Of a stretch of DNA of 43,375 nt, positions 23,903-33,346 are shown in pieces. How positions within the stretch are numbered: position 1 is the first letter of the stretch; the number at the start of each line of letters is the position of its first letter. The notes below the pieces were generated by a model that worked only from the letters and a program-made list of their open reading frames with translations, was not told where the DNA came from and did no database searches. Origin of the DNA: Acidimicrobiales bacterium (GTDB lineage Bacteria; Actinomycetota; Acidimicrobiia; Acidimicrobiales; RAAP-2); contig DASZGT010000107.1 of NCBI GenBank assembly GCA_035938575.1, forward strand, positions 1 through 43,375. The letters are read 5' to 3'. The translations under genes and the position numbers were made by a program.

Positions 23903-26248
23903 CTAGCCAGGTGGGGCCTCGGACGTGAGGGCACCGGCACCGGACGCCCCCGGACCCGGACCAGGGTCGACGTCCCGCCGAACGCGGCGGGCCGCCGCCA
24001 CCATGTGGTGGAGCGCCGGAAGGACCTGCTCGTAGCGCCGGGTCTTGAGACCGCAGTCGGGGTTCACCCACAACCGGCCGGGACCGAGACGCTCCACGGC
24101 CCGGCGGATCAGCGCCTCCAGCCAGGCGGTCTCAGGCACCCCGGGCGAGTGCACATCGTAGATGCCCGGTCCCGCTCCGCCTTGGTAGGAGGCGTGCCGC
24201 AACACGTCGACGACGGTCATGTCGGAACGCGCCGCCTCGAACGACAGGACATCCACGTCCAACTGGTCGAGCGCATCGACAATGTCGCCCAGCTCGGCGT
24301 AGCACATGTGGGTGTGGACCTGGGTGCCGCCGGCAGCGGCGGAGGTGACCAGTCGGAAGGCCCGGGTTGCCCAGGCCAAGTACTCCGGTCGCTCCTGGCG
24401 GCGAAGGGGTAGGCCCTCCCGCAACGCCGGCTCATCGACCTGGATGACGGCGATCCCAGCCGCCTGGAGATCCACCAGCTCGTCGCGTATGGCCAGCGCC
24501 AATTGGTCGGCGGTGTCACGTTCGGGCTGGTCATCGCGCACGAACGACCACCGCAGCATGGTGATCGGTCCGGTGAGCATGCCCTTGACCGGCTTCGACG
24601 TGCGCGACTGGGCGTAGCGGGTGAAGTCGACCGTCATCGGGTCCCGGCGCGTCACGTCACCGAAGAGCACGGGGGGACGAACACATCGCGATCCGAAGGA
24701 TTGGACCCACCCGGCGTCAGGCACGACGAATCCGGTGAGCTGTTCTGCGAAGTAGCGGACCATGTCGTCCCGCTCGGGCTCCCCGTGCACGAGTACATCG
24801 AGCCCGACTTCCTCTTGGACGGCCACCACGTGGTCGATCTCGGCGCGCAGGACGGCGTCGTAGCCGGCATCGTCGAGGTGTCCCGCACGCCAGGACGCCC
24901 GTGACCGCCGAAGGTCGGGCGTCTGGGGAAAGGACCCGATCGTGGTCGTCGGCAGGATGGGAAGGTCGAGCTCCGTCCGCTGGATCGCCGCCCGTTCGGG
25001 GTACGCCTCGGGCCGGCGGGGATCAGATCCGGCCCGTGAGGCCACCCGCCGTCGAACCGCGTCGTCGGTCACGCGGGACGAGTGCCTCCTGGCCGCGAGG
25101 ACGGCCCGATTGGCGTCGAGCTCGTCCACGATGGTGCCGCGGCCGTTGGTGGCTCCTCGAGCCAGCACGGCCAACTCGCCCAGCTTGTCGTGGGCGAACG
25201 ACAGCCACGGGCGTACCTCCTCATCGATGTCCTGGTCGGCGGCGCTCCCGAGGGGTACGTGCAGCAGCGAGCAGGACGTGGAGACGACGACCTCCGTGGC
25301 GAGGTTCGCCAGTTGATCGAGCAGGTCGAGGCTGGCACGCAGGTCGTTGGCCCAGACGTTGCGGCCGTCCACCACGCCGGCCAGCAACACCTTGCCCCCC
25401 AGCCCACCGGAGGACTGCAGCAGCTGGAGGTTCCGACCGCCCCGACAGAAGTCGAGGCCCACCGCCTCCAACGGCAGATCCCTGACTTCTCCCATGGCGG
25501 ACCCCAGGTGGCCGAAGTACGTCGACAAGGCGATCTTCGGTCGATCCGCGTGGTCGCCGATCCGGCGGTAGACGCGTCGCAGGGCGGCCAGCTCTTCAGG
25601 GTTGCGTTCCTCCACCAGCGCGGGTTCATCGATACGCACCCAGGTAGCACCGCCCCGGTCGAGCTCGGACAGCACCTCGAGGTAGGCGTCAACCAGGGGA
25701 TCGAGCAGGCCCAACCTATCGACGCCGGCCCGGACCGGGGCGCTCCGCAGGAGGAAGGTCAACGGACCGAGGAGTACCGGAGTCGTGGGAATGCCCAGTG
25801 CGGTCGCCTCATCCAACTCGCGGGCCACTTTGGCCGTGTCAGGAACAAAGACGTCCCCTGAGTCGATTTCGGGAACGAGATGGTGGTAGTTGGTATCGAA
25901 CCACTTCGTCAGGTCCAAGGGGGCGGCGGTTGCGCCGCCCACGCCACCGCCTCGGGCCATTGCAAAGTAGCGGTCCAGGTCGTTCGCCTGGCCGAGCGCA
26001 GCAAACCGCGGGGGCACGGCACCCACCATCACCATGGCATCGAGCACGTGGTCATAGAGGGAGAAGTCGTTGGAGGGAACGAAGTCCACCCCGGCGGCCA
26101 CCAGGGACAGCCAGTTGCTGCGTCGAATCGAAGTTGCGACCTCGTCCAGCTCTTCGGCGGTGACCTTCCGAGCCCAATACCCTTCAAGCGCCCACTTGAG
26201 GGACCGGCCGGCCCCGATCCGGGGCATCCCGTGAACGGCTGTCCTCAT
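23903..26248 (-). CDS. metE: 5-methyltetrahydropteroyltriglutamate--homocysteine S-methyltransferase (cobalamin-independent methionine synthase)
   Basis: 781-aa ORF with two Meth_synt-type halves. Zinc ligand motifs HTHMCYAE and NPDCGLKTR. Confidence 0.95.
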   Translation of the reverse strand: MRTAVHGMPRIGAGRSLKWALEGYWARKVTAEELDEVATSIRRSNWLSLVAAGVDFVPSNDFSLYDHVLDAMVMVGAVPPRFAALGQANDLDRYFAMARGGGVGGATAAPLDLTKWFDTNYHHLVPEIDSGDVFVPDTAKVARELDEATALGIPTTPVLLGPLTFLLRSAPVRAGVDRLGLLDPLVDAYLEVLSELDRGGATWVRIDEPALVEERNPEELAALRRVYRRIGDHADRPKIALSTYFGHLGSAMGEVRDLPLEAVGLDFCRGGRNLQLLQSSGGLGGKVLLAGVVDGRNVWANDLRASLDLLDQLANLATEVVVSTSCSLLHVPLGSAADQDIDEEVRPWLSFAHDKLGELAVLARGATNGRGTIVDELDANRAVLAARRHSSRVTDDAVRRRVASRAGSDPRRPEAYPERAAIQRTELDLPILPTTTIGSFPQTPDLRRSRASWRAGHLDDAGYDAVLRAEIDHVVAVQEEVGLDVLVHGEPERDDMVRYFAEQLTGFVVPDAGWVQSFGSRCVRPPVLFGDVTRRDPMTVDFTRYAQSRTSKPVKGMLTGPITMLRWSFVRDDQPERDTADQLALAIRDELVDLQAAGIAVIQVDEPALREGLPLRRQERPEYLAWATRAFRLVTSAAAGGTQVHTHMCYAELGDIVDALDQLDVDVLSFEAARSDMTVVDVLRHASYQGGAGPGIYDVHSPGVPETAWLEALIRRAVERLGPGRLWVNPDCGLKTRRYEQVLPALHHMVAAARRVRRDVDPGPGPGASGAGALTSEAPPG

Positions 26249-26586
26249 CCGTTCTCAAACGTGAAGTTGCTCGTGTGGCACCTCAGTCAGACTAGGGCAA
26301 TGGATGGCCAGGGAATCGTCCCACCGGCGGCCGGAGGCCCGATCGCTGCGGTCGACCCGAACCGCCGTTCAACGCGGCGAGTCAACCAGCGGGATACCCT
26401 GGGCCAATGGGGGCTGGTGGTCAATTTGACGACCGACACCGTCGCCCGCAAACTGCACTGCACTAGTCGCCAGCTGGCCACGCCCCTCATCCCAGGGGCA
26501 GCCATGATCGAACGGAGGTAGCCGGCCACGATGTTCCTCCTCCTGGCTGCCGCCGAGGGCACGGCGCATGAAGGACTGACGGGCCG
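26249..26586 (-). promoter_or_regulatory. 338-bp divergent intergenic region holding the metE leader and nuoL promoter; candidate cis-regulatory RNA of unidentified class
   Basis: No credible ORF. Several local hairpins are visible on the metE-sense strand (for example CGCCG-cgttgaa-CGGCG, GGGA-cgat-TCCC). The length is unusual for a simple promoter region. Confidence 0.25.
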
Positions 26587-28515
26587 ATGCTGCACCTGAC
26601 CTACCTGATCATCTTGTTGCCTCTGGTCGGCTTCGCCGTCCAGGTGCTGGGGGGTCGTCGGCTCGGCGACCCGATCGCCGGCTGGGTGGCCACGTTCTTC
26701 GTGGCGGCGTCGTTCCTGGTGTCCATCGGGGTCTACCTCGACCTCCTGACGGTGCGAGCGCCGGTGCGAACGTTCACCCAGGACCTTTGGACATGGATAC
26801 CCGTCGGGAGCCTGCAGGTCCACGCCAGTCTGTTTGTCGACCCGTTGTCGATGACGATGGTGCTGTTCGTCACAGGCGTCAGCACCGTGATCCACCTGTA
26901 CTCGATCGGGTACATGAGGGGCGACCGGGACTTCCCGAAGTTCTTCCTCTACATGAATCTCTTTGTCGCCTCCATGCTGATCTTGGTCCTCGGCAGCAAC
27001 ATGGTGGTCACCTTCGTCGGGTGGGAGGGCGTCGGTGCCTGCTCCTACTGGCTCATCTCGTTCTGGTTCACCCGGGAAACGGCCGCCAGTGCCGGCAAGA
27101 AGGCCTTTGTCTACAACCGGATCGGGGATACCGGGTTCCTCCTCGCCATCTTTCTGACCTTCTACCGAGTGCATTCCCTCGAGTACTCGACGATTTTCGC
27201 CAACATCGACAAGATCGGATCGGGCTACGTCACGGCCATCTGCATCCTGCTTCTGGCAGGAGTGGTCGGAAAGTCGGCCCAGATACCACTCTTCCCGTGG
27301 CTCGCCGATGCTATGGAGGGCCCGACCCCGGTGTCGGCGCTGATCCACGCCGCCACCATGGTGACCGCCGGCGTCTACCTGCTGTGTCGGATCAATCCCC
27401 TGCTCCACGCTTCGCCCGACGCAGCCCTCACCGTGGCCATCGTGGGCGCCGCCACCGCCTTCGTGGCCGCCACCATCGCGTGTGCACAGCCCGACATCAA
27501 GAAAGTGCTGGCGTACTCAACCGTGTCCCAACTCGGGTACATGTTCCTGGCCATCGGGTGCGGGGCCTATGTGGCAGCCATCTTCCTGATGGTGGCCCAC
27601 GCCTTCTTCAAGGGCCTCCTCTTCCTCGGTGCCGGCTCGGTCATCCACGGCCTCCACGATGAGCAGGACCTCAAACGGATGGGCAACCTCCGCCGCTACA
27701 TGCCCATCACCTTCATCACCTTCGCCATTGGCTGGCTCACCATCGCCGCGGTGCCTCCGTTGTCCGGTTTCTGGGCCAAGGGATCGGTCCTCGAGAATGC
27801 CTGGGCTGCCCATCCGGCACTGTGGGCCGTCGGAATCGTGACCGCGGCACTGACGGCCTACTACATGAGTCGTCTGACCGGTCTGGCCTTCTTCGGCCAG
27901 GACCGTTGGTCGAGCCCTGTGGCCATCGACGCCGGCCATGACATGCCCGATGCCCACCATGCCACGGGGACGATCCCCGAGCCCCACGAGTCGGGCTGGA
28001 TCATGACGGTCCCGCTGTTCATCTTGGCCTTCTTCGCAGCGGTAGCGGGAGTACTGGCCACTTCCAACGTTCACTTCTCGCTCTCCAACTGGATCGACCC
28101 CGTGTTCGGCGGCACCCTGTATGACGACCATCTGAGCACTGCGGCCATCTGGACACTGGGCACGATTGACGCCATCATCGCCGTTGTCGGTGTGTTCATC
28201 GGTCTGCGCCTGTGGATGAACCGGGCCGAACGCCCGGCACTCGAGACCGGGTTCCTCCAGAGATCCTGGTACATCAACGAGCTCTACGACACGGTGCTGG
28301 GTCGCCCTTCGGAGCGCCTGGCCGCCTTCAGTGCCACCGTGATCGAGCTCAAGGTGATCGACGGAGGGGTCAACGGAGTGGCGGCCGTCGTCGGCCGATC
28401 CGGCCAGCTGATCCGCAGGACACAGACCGGCTACGTGCGCAATTACGTGCTGGGCATCGTGCTGGGGGTCACCCTGATACTGGCCTTCATGCTCACCAGG
28501 TTGTGGTGGGGCTGA
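26587..28515 (+). CDS. nuoL: NADH-quinone oxidoreductase subunit L-like proton-translocating membrane subunit (stand-alone)
   Basis: 642-aa polytopic ORF. MLHLTYLIILLPLVGFAV.., WEGVGACSYWLISFWF, and SAQIPLFPWLADAMEGPTPVSALIHAATMVTAGVYL (antiporter-like core). C-terminal amphipathic stretch plus a final TM are typical of NuoL. RBS AAGGA. Confidence 0.9.
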   Translation: MLHLTYLIILLPLVGFAVQVLGGRRLGDPIAGWVATFFVAASFLVSIGVYLDLLTVRAPVRTFTQDLWTWIPVGSLQVHASLFVDPLSMTMVLFVTGVSTVIHLYSIGYMRGDRDFPKFFLYMNLFVASMLILVLGSNMVVTFVGWEGVGACSYWLISFWFTRETAASAGKKAFVYNRIGDTGFLLAIFLTFYRVHSLEYSTIFANIDKIGSGYVTAICILLLAGVVGKSAQIPLFPWLADAMEGPTPVSALIHAATMVTAGVYLLCRINPLLHASPDAALTVAIVGAATAFVAATIACAQPDIKKVLAYSTVSQLGYMFLAIGCGAYVAAIFLMVAHAFFKGLLFLGAGSVIHGLHDEQDLKRMGNLRRYMPITFITFAIGWLTIAAVPPLSGFWAKGSVLENAWAAHPALWAVGIVTAALTAYYMSRLTGLAFFGQDRWSSPVAIDAGHDMPDAHHATGTIPEPHESGWIMTVPLFILAFFAAVAGVLATSNVHFSLSNWIDPVFGGTLYDDHLSTAAIWTLGTIDAIIAVVGVFIGLRLWMNRAERPALETGFLQRSWYINELYDTVLGRPSERLAAFSATVIELKVIDGGVNGVAAVVGRSGQLIRRTQTGYVRNYVLGIVLGVTLILAFMLTRLWWG

Positions 28516-28550
28516 CCCGGCCCTTGCACCTCCCCTCGGGAACAGGGGGT

Positions 28551-28578
28551 CGTCGGTGGCGGAACGAGGCCACCGACG
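28551..28578 (+). terminator. strong GC-rich hairpin 36 nt downstream of the nuoL stop
   Basis: CGTCGGTGGC (28551-28560) and GCCACCGACG (28569-28578) form a perfect 10-bp inverted repeat with an 8-nt loop. No U-tract. Confidence 0.4.
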
Positions 28579-28831
28579 TGGAGTGGTCAACCGGAGGCGG
28601 TCCAGAGGTAACCGATCCCACCTGTCCCTCTTGTCGGCCAAGTCCGGTCGGGTGGCGGCGACGAAGGGCCTCTTCGCTGCGGGTCTGGCCACAGCGTTTG
28701 AGCGTTCCCAGGCAGACTGAAGGCATTCCGCGTCGGGTGTGGGGATGGACTCTGCCTCTGCGCCATCGCCCTCAGTGGGTCGCAGTCGGCTTGGAAGCAC
28801 GATCTGGACCTCGAATTGAATGGCGCCTGAC

Positions 28832-29356
28832 TCAGGACAGGGTTCTTCGGTAGCGGACTTCGTCGATGGCCACCGACCACACCTCTTCCGAGCGTCGAGA
28901 ACCGTCTGCAGTCCAGCCATCCTTCCTGTAGAAGCGCTCAGCCCGCTCGTTTCCTACCAGGACCCACAACACCGCTTGTTCGAATCCCTGACCCGCGAGC
29001 TGCTGGCGAGCCTCGCCAATGAGCGTGCGGCCAAGGCCCGTGTCCCAACTATCGGGATCGACGTACAGGGCGTGAAGCGCCCCGATCCCTTCTGTGCCGG
29101 CGTCTCGGGATGGCCCGATCGTGGCAAACCCACGGATCATCTCGCCCTCGACCGACACGATGGTCGCGGGATGATCAGGTTCGAGACCTCCGAAGGTGTA
29201 GCTCGTGGCGCGGTCTTCGGGTCGCAACCCGTCGAGGTATTCGTCCGGCAGCAGTCCTCGGTAGGCCGCTTGCCACGAGCGGACGTGCACACGAGCCACC
29301 GCCATTGCATCGGCGGGTTCCGCACGTCGTAGTTGAATCAATTGCCTCGAGTCCAT
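28832..29356 (-). CDS. GNAT-family N-acetyltransferase
   Basis: 174 aa. IQLRRAEPADAMAVARV.. and an acetyl-CoA-binding-like block LYVDPDSWDTGLGRTLI; ERFYRKDGW. Start overlaps the upstream gene by 19 nt. Confidence 0.88.
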   Translation of the reverse strand: MDSRQLIQLRRAEPADAMAVARVHVRSWQAAYRGLLPDEYLDGLRPEDRATSYTFGGLEPDHPATIVSVEGEMIRGFATIGPSRDAGTEGIGALHALYVDPDSWDTGLGRTLIGEARQQLAGQGFEQAVLWVLVGNERAERFYRKDGWTADGSRRSEEVWSVAIDEVRYRRTLS

Positions 29357-30081
29357 TGGGGACGAGACCTTCCCAAGGCCCGCGAGGCAACCGCCACTGT
29401 GACGACGAGGACGAGCGCGGCGACCACCGGGTACACCACATCGGCGTGCACGACGAGCGATGCGCCAATCAGGGCCCCGATCAGCATGGCGACCACGGCT
29501 GTCAAGCGACGACCGGTCCTCGATCCCCCTCCTCCCGCCAGCGTGCTGTCCGCCGCCATCCCGGTGATGGTCTGGGTCAGGACGGTGGTCGTGAAATCCG
29601 GTACGGCAACCGTGCGGGCACCGGCATTCTGCAGTCCCATCGCCAGGCTCAAGAGCACGATGAGTCCGTACCTGTATCCGCCTGAGGGAGGCTCCGGACC
29701 CAGTCCCACGAGGCCGACGGAGACCGCAATCAGGACTCCCTCAACGGCCGCCGTCGCGGTGAGAAGGACGTCGCGCCGTCGGTGCACGTAGGCCCCCAGT
29801 CTGCCTCCGGCCAGGGCCCCGATCCCAAATGCCCCCAGAGCAACCCCCGAAGCGGCAATGGAAAACCCAGGTGCGCCCGCGAGTGCGAATCCCAAGAAGA
29901 CGACGTTTCCGGTCATATTGGCCACGAACACGTGTCCGAGGACCAGATAGCTGAAGGCGTCAACGAGTCCGGTGACAACCGTCATCACCAGCAGCAGCGG
30001 GGGGAGCGGCCCGTGCTCGGCGGATGGACGGGGCCAGAATGTCTCGCGAATGTCAGCAATGAACGAGTTCAATTCGCCCAC
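29338..30081 (-). CDS. YoaK/DUF1275-family membrane protein
   Basis: 247-aa polytopic ORF. PLLLVMTVVTGLVDAFSYLVLGHVFVANMTGNVVFLGFALAG is the characteristic N-terminal block of this family. Confidence 0.8.
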   Translation of the reverse strand: MGELNSFIADIRETFWPRPSAEHGPLPPLLLVMTVVTGLVDAFSYLVLGHVFVANMTGNVVFLGFALAGAPGFSIAASGVALGAFGIGALAGGRLGAYVHRRRDVLLTATAAVEGVLIAVSVGLVGLGPEPPSGGYRYGLIVLLSLAMGLQNAGARTVAVPDFTTTVLTQTITGMAADSTLAGGGGSRTGRRLTAVVAMLIGALIGASLVVHADVVYPVVAALVLVVTVAVASRALGRSRPQWTRGN

Positions 30082-30152
30082 CCTGGCTGCTCCAGCCCGC
30101 CGCTTGGTCGGCTCCCTGGAGCCCTGCAGTCATTGAACGAGGGGAGCATCTG

Positions 30153-30941
30153 CTAGGTCGTCTTGATCAGACCGCCATCGATGATGTAGTTGGCACCGGT
30201 GACGTTGGCGGTGCGCCCCGAGGCGAGCATGGCCACCAGCGTCGCCACTTCTTCAGGGGTACTGAAACGACCGGTGGCGAAGCCTCCGATGCCCGCCACC
30301 ACTGCCTCCCGGGCCGCGTCGGCGTCAACCCCCATGGCCGCCCCCACCGTCTCTGCCACTCCATGGTCCCCTAACCAGAGGTCCGTACTCACTGGACCCG
30401 GCGACACACAATTCACATGGATCCCTTGCGGACCGAACTCCTGCGCCAGTGACTTTGACAAGTTGAGCAACGCTGCCTTGGCCGCGCCGTAGTCAATAGT
30501 CCCGCCGTCGGGTTGGAAGAATGCATTGACCGAACAGACATTCACGATCGCTCCCCCACCTTGAGATACCATCGACGCCAACGCGGCGCGACTGGCGCGC
30601 AACGCCGTGAAGAAATTCATCTCCATCGCCCACGCGAAGTCTTCGTCGCTCGTGGACAGGAATCCGTCGAGCCGGAGCTTTACCGCGCCGACATTGTTCA
30701 CGAGAATATCGAGGCGGCCGAACTCGTCGATGGCACGGTGGACCAACAGCGCCGGGGCATCGGCCTGGGATAGGTCGACGGCCACTGCGGTCACATTGTC
30801 GAGGCCCTTCAGCGTCGAGATGCTACGCGCCCCGGCGACCACTCGTACGCCCTCGGCCGCGAGCTCACGGGCCACGGCCATCCCGATTCCCTTGCTGGCG
30901 CCGGTCACGACCGCGACCTTGTCCTTGAGCATGAGATCCAT
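30153..30941 (-). CDS. short-chain dehydrogenase/reductase (SDR), FabG-like
   Basis: TGASKGIG cofactor motif, NNVG, and catalytic YGAAKAAL. 262 aa. Confidence 0.92.
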   Translation of the reverse strand: MDLMLKDKVAVVTGASKGIGMAVARELAAEGVRVVAGARSISTLKGLDNVTAVAVDLSQADAPALLVHRAIDEFGRLDILVNNVGAVKLRLDGFLSTSDEDFAWAMEMNFFTALRASRAALASMVSQGGGAIVNVCSVNAFFQPDGGTIDYGAAKAALLNLSKSLAQEFGPQGIHVNCVSPGPVSTDLWLGDHGVAETVGAAMGVDADAAREAVVAGIGGFATGRFSTPEEVATLVAMLASGRTANVTGANYIIDGGLIKTT

Positions 30942-31440
30942 GTTGTTTCTTCTCCCAGGGCGTGGCGAGTTGCCAAGTCATATGGCGCGAGCCCATTTCA
31001 TCATGCATTGAACGGGCGGAGTCGACCCACAGGATCGAGGCCCCGTCACAGCCCCCTTACCGGGCCCTGGGCATGGGCCAGGTCGATCGCGTCACGGATC
31101 AGCAGGGGCCACCGGGCACCACGGCCGTGCCGCCGTCAGTCTCGGCGTGGCATGTTCATCACTCCTGGTGTCTGTTCGACGGGCCTGTCCACCCGCAGAT
31201 GGCAATGGGGTGAGCACCGGCCTGGTGGACCGGGCGGGAGTCCTAGTCGTCTCGAATGACCAACGGGATCAGCGGGACGTTCCCAGTCCTGTTCACCAGG
31301 GCATTGCTACCCTGACGCCTACCGTCGCAGCATTCCTGGAACGAAGGCACACAGACGCCAGGGGCACGTCTGCTGACCCGGGCCGTCGGTTCGGGCTCGC
31401 CGGCGCCTAGGAGTGCCGAACCAATGATTGGAGGCCGCCC

Positions 31441-31917
31441 ATGCCGAACTGGGCCGAGCAGGTAACGGCGATCGCAACCGCCGTGAGCGCCATCGGGCTG
31501 TTAAGCGCGATCGGTGCGGTCATCTTCGCAGGACAGCAAGCCCGTGAGGCCAGAATCGGCAGACAGGCAGAGGTGGCCGTCGAATTCTTCAGGCGTTGGG
31601 ACGAAGACCCGTTGGTGGAGACGCGCCGCCTCGTCGCGCAGTTCGAGACGAAGGAAGCGCTACGGGATGCGATGGTGCGGTTCATCGCCGACAACGCCGT
31701 GGAGGCATACGTCCTCTACCGAGAGCTTGACTATTTCGAACAGCTCGGTGCGCTCGAGCAGCACGGTGGCTTCGATTTCGACCTGATCAAGACTCTTCTC
31801 GGACGCCGCCTCGTGGACCGGTGGGAGATGTGGCAACCATCGATTGATGCGATCGGGGGCAGGATGGTCTACCCCTTGTTCGACGGTCTCGTGACCAAGA
31901 TGCGCGCCGTGTTGTGA
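31441..31917 (+). CDS. hypothetical membrane-anchored protein (158 aa), no family confidently recognised
   Basis: ATG preceded by GGAGG. One N-terminal TM (VTAIATAVSAIGLLSAIGAVIFAG) followed by a helical soluble part (EFFRRWDEDPLVETRRLVAQFETKEALRDAM..). Visibly more A/T at third codon positions than neighbouring genes. Confidence 0.6.
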   Translation: MPNWAEQVTAIATAVSAIGLLSAIGAVIFAGQQAREARIGRQAEVAVEFFRRWDEDPLVETRRLVAQFETKEALRDAMVRFIADNAVEAYVLYRELDYFEQLGALEQHGGFDFDLIKTLLGRRLVDRWEMWQPSIDAIGGRMVYPLFDGLVTKMRAVL

Positions 31918-32111
31918 TCTTGTCTCCGTAGTAGTGGAGATTCGGAAGTGGCTGAATGACATCAAGGCACCAGCCGCCGCCTGCGTTCGCCATTCCCGGT
32001 TTTCGCTCCTCCCTCACGGCTGTGATCCCCCGGGGTTGTGGATGCCTGGTGGACGCCGCGGTACGGGATGACCCGGGTGATCGTGACCTTCGCAGCCCTG
32101 GCTGGGTCTGC

Positions 32112-32696
32112 TCATCGCTGATCGGTGGTAGCCCGGTCGACCGCTGTCACGATGTCCGCGAACACTCGATCAACCTGCTGCTCCCCGTTGATGTCGAGGA
32201 CCAGCCCCCGTTCGGCGTAGAAACCGAGCATCGGTTCCGTCTCAGCGGCGAACACATCGAGGCGGTGTGCGATGGCAACCTCGGTGTCGTCATTTCGCCC
32301 GTCCCGCAGGCCTCGAGCGACGAGCCGCCGGCGAATCTCCTCGCGGCCGACCTCGAGGTGGATGACCGCCTGCAGTTCGACGCCCTCGATCTGTCGGGCC
32401 ACGTCGTACGCCGCTTCGGCCTGGCGAAGAGTCCTCGGAAATCCGTCGAGCACGTACCCACCGTTGCGAACCGCCTCCAGGACAGGGACGGTCAATAGCT
32501 CGATCACCACCTCATCGGGGACAAGGTCGCCCCGCAGCAGGTAGTCGGCGGCCAGCCGCCCGACATCGGTCCCGGCGGCTGCTTCCCGGCGCAGTAGCTC
32601 TCCGCTGGAGAGGTGGGCGATGCGGTAGTGGGCGGACAACTTCGCCGCCTGGGTCCCCTTGCCGGCCCCCGGCGGGGCCACCAGCAACAAGCGCAT
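32112..32696 (-). CDS. adk: adenylate kinase (short-LID type)
   Basis: MRLLLVAPPGAGKGTQAAKL (P-loop), SSGELLRR, VLDGFPRT, and RDGRNDDTEVAIAHRLDVF (short LID without a Zn-finger). 194 aa. Confidence 0.88.
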   Translation of the reverse strand: MRLLLVAPPGAGKGTQAAKLSAHYRIAHLSSGELLRREAAAGTDVGRLAADYLLRGDLVPDEVVIELLTVPVLEAVRNGGYVLDGFPRTLRQAEAAYDVARQIEGVELQAVIHLEVGREEIRRRLVARGLRDGRNDDTEVAIAHRLDVFAAETEPMLGFYAERGLVLDINGEQQVDRVFADIVTAVDRATTDQR

Positions 32697-32845
32697 GAAA
32701 GGCGACGCTAGTGGGGTGGCCGGCTTGCACCGACCAGCTGATCAGGACTACGTCACCGACAGCGTGATGACCGGCCTTCCCCACGCGCAACGACCGCGAA
32801 CGGCCGCCGAAGAGCCCTGCGCCGGTCGGGATCCGGTGGCGTCCC

Positions 32846-33301
32846 TCAGATGTACTGCCAGCGCCGAGTCGGCCCCTTACCGGCGGGCCACTCCATGCTT
32901 TGGATATCGAACCAGATCGGGAGCAGGTGCTTCACGTAGAAGGCGTGGACGGTAACCGTCGGTCCGACGAGATCTTCGTACTCCTTGATGCGCAGGCGCG
33001 GGTCCTTCTCCTGGAACCGGCGGCACTCCTCGAGCAGGGCATCGACCTCGACGCGAGTATCCAGGAGGAGGCCAAGGTGGTCGTAGCCGGGTGAGGACAT
33101 CGGCTTGTCGGACTCGGCGAGCAGGATGAACTGGCCATCGTCAGGTCGGAGAAGGTGACACGATTGCCCGACCACGTCGGTATCGAGAGCGTCCCAGCCG
33201 AGCACGCCGCAGCAGAACGAATCGACCTCGTCGCGAAAGTCCTGGGTCAGGGTCCCCCGTGCGAATGACAGCTCCATGTGGTTGAACCGGATCCTCGCCA
33301 T
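32846..33301 (-). CDS. VOC-family (glyoxalase/bleomycin-resistance/dioxygenase-fold) protein
   Basis: Track ORF 32846..33337 trimmed to ATG 33301, preceded by AAGGAG. FNHMELSF...FCCGVLGWDAL and YDHLGLLLDTRVEVDALL resemble the paired beta-alpha-beta-beta-beta modules of VOC proteins. Assignment made by eye only. Confidence 0.65.
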   Translation of the reverse strand: MARIRFNHMELSFARGTLTQDFRDEVDSFCCGVLGWDALDTDVVGQSCHLLRPDDGQFILLAESDKPMSSPGYDHLGLLLDTRVEVDALLEECRRFQEKDPRLRIKEYEDLVGPTVTVHAFYVKHLLPIWFDIQSMEWPAGKGPTRRWQYI

Positions 33302-33346
33302 GGTGCGCTCCTTGTCGGCAATCACTTCCCCAGCCAAATCTAGGCC

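Noticed and set aside
26249-26586. Calling the metE leader a cobalamin or SAM-IV riboswitch
   Set aside because: Only loose resemblances were found (AGTCTGACTGAGGTGCC versus the B12 box; GCCCCCATTGG versus CCCGCcACUG), and they fail position-by-position comparison. I kept it as an open question rather than a feature call.
26587-28515. Reading the orphan NuoL-like gene as DabB of a DabAB inorganic-carbon pump
   Set aside because: No DUF2309 (DabA) gene is adjacent on either side, and the protein has the full NuoL-length C-terminal extension.
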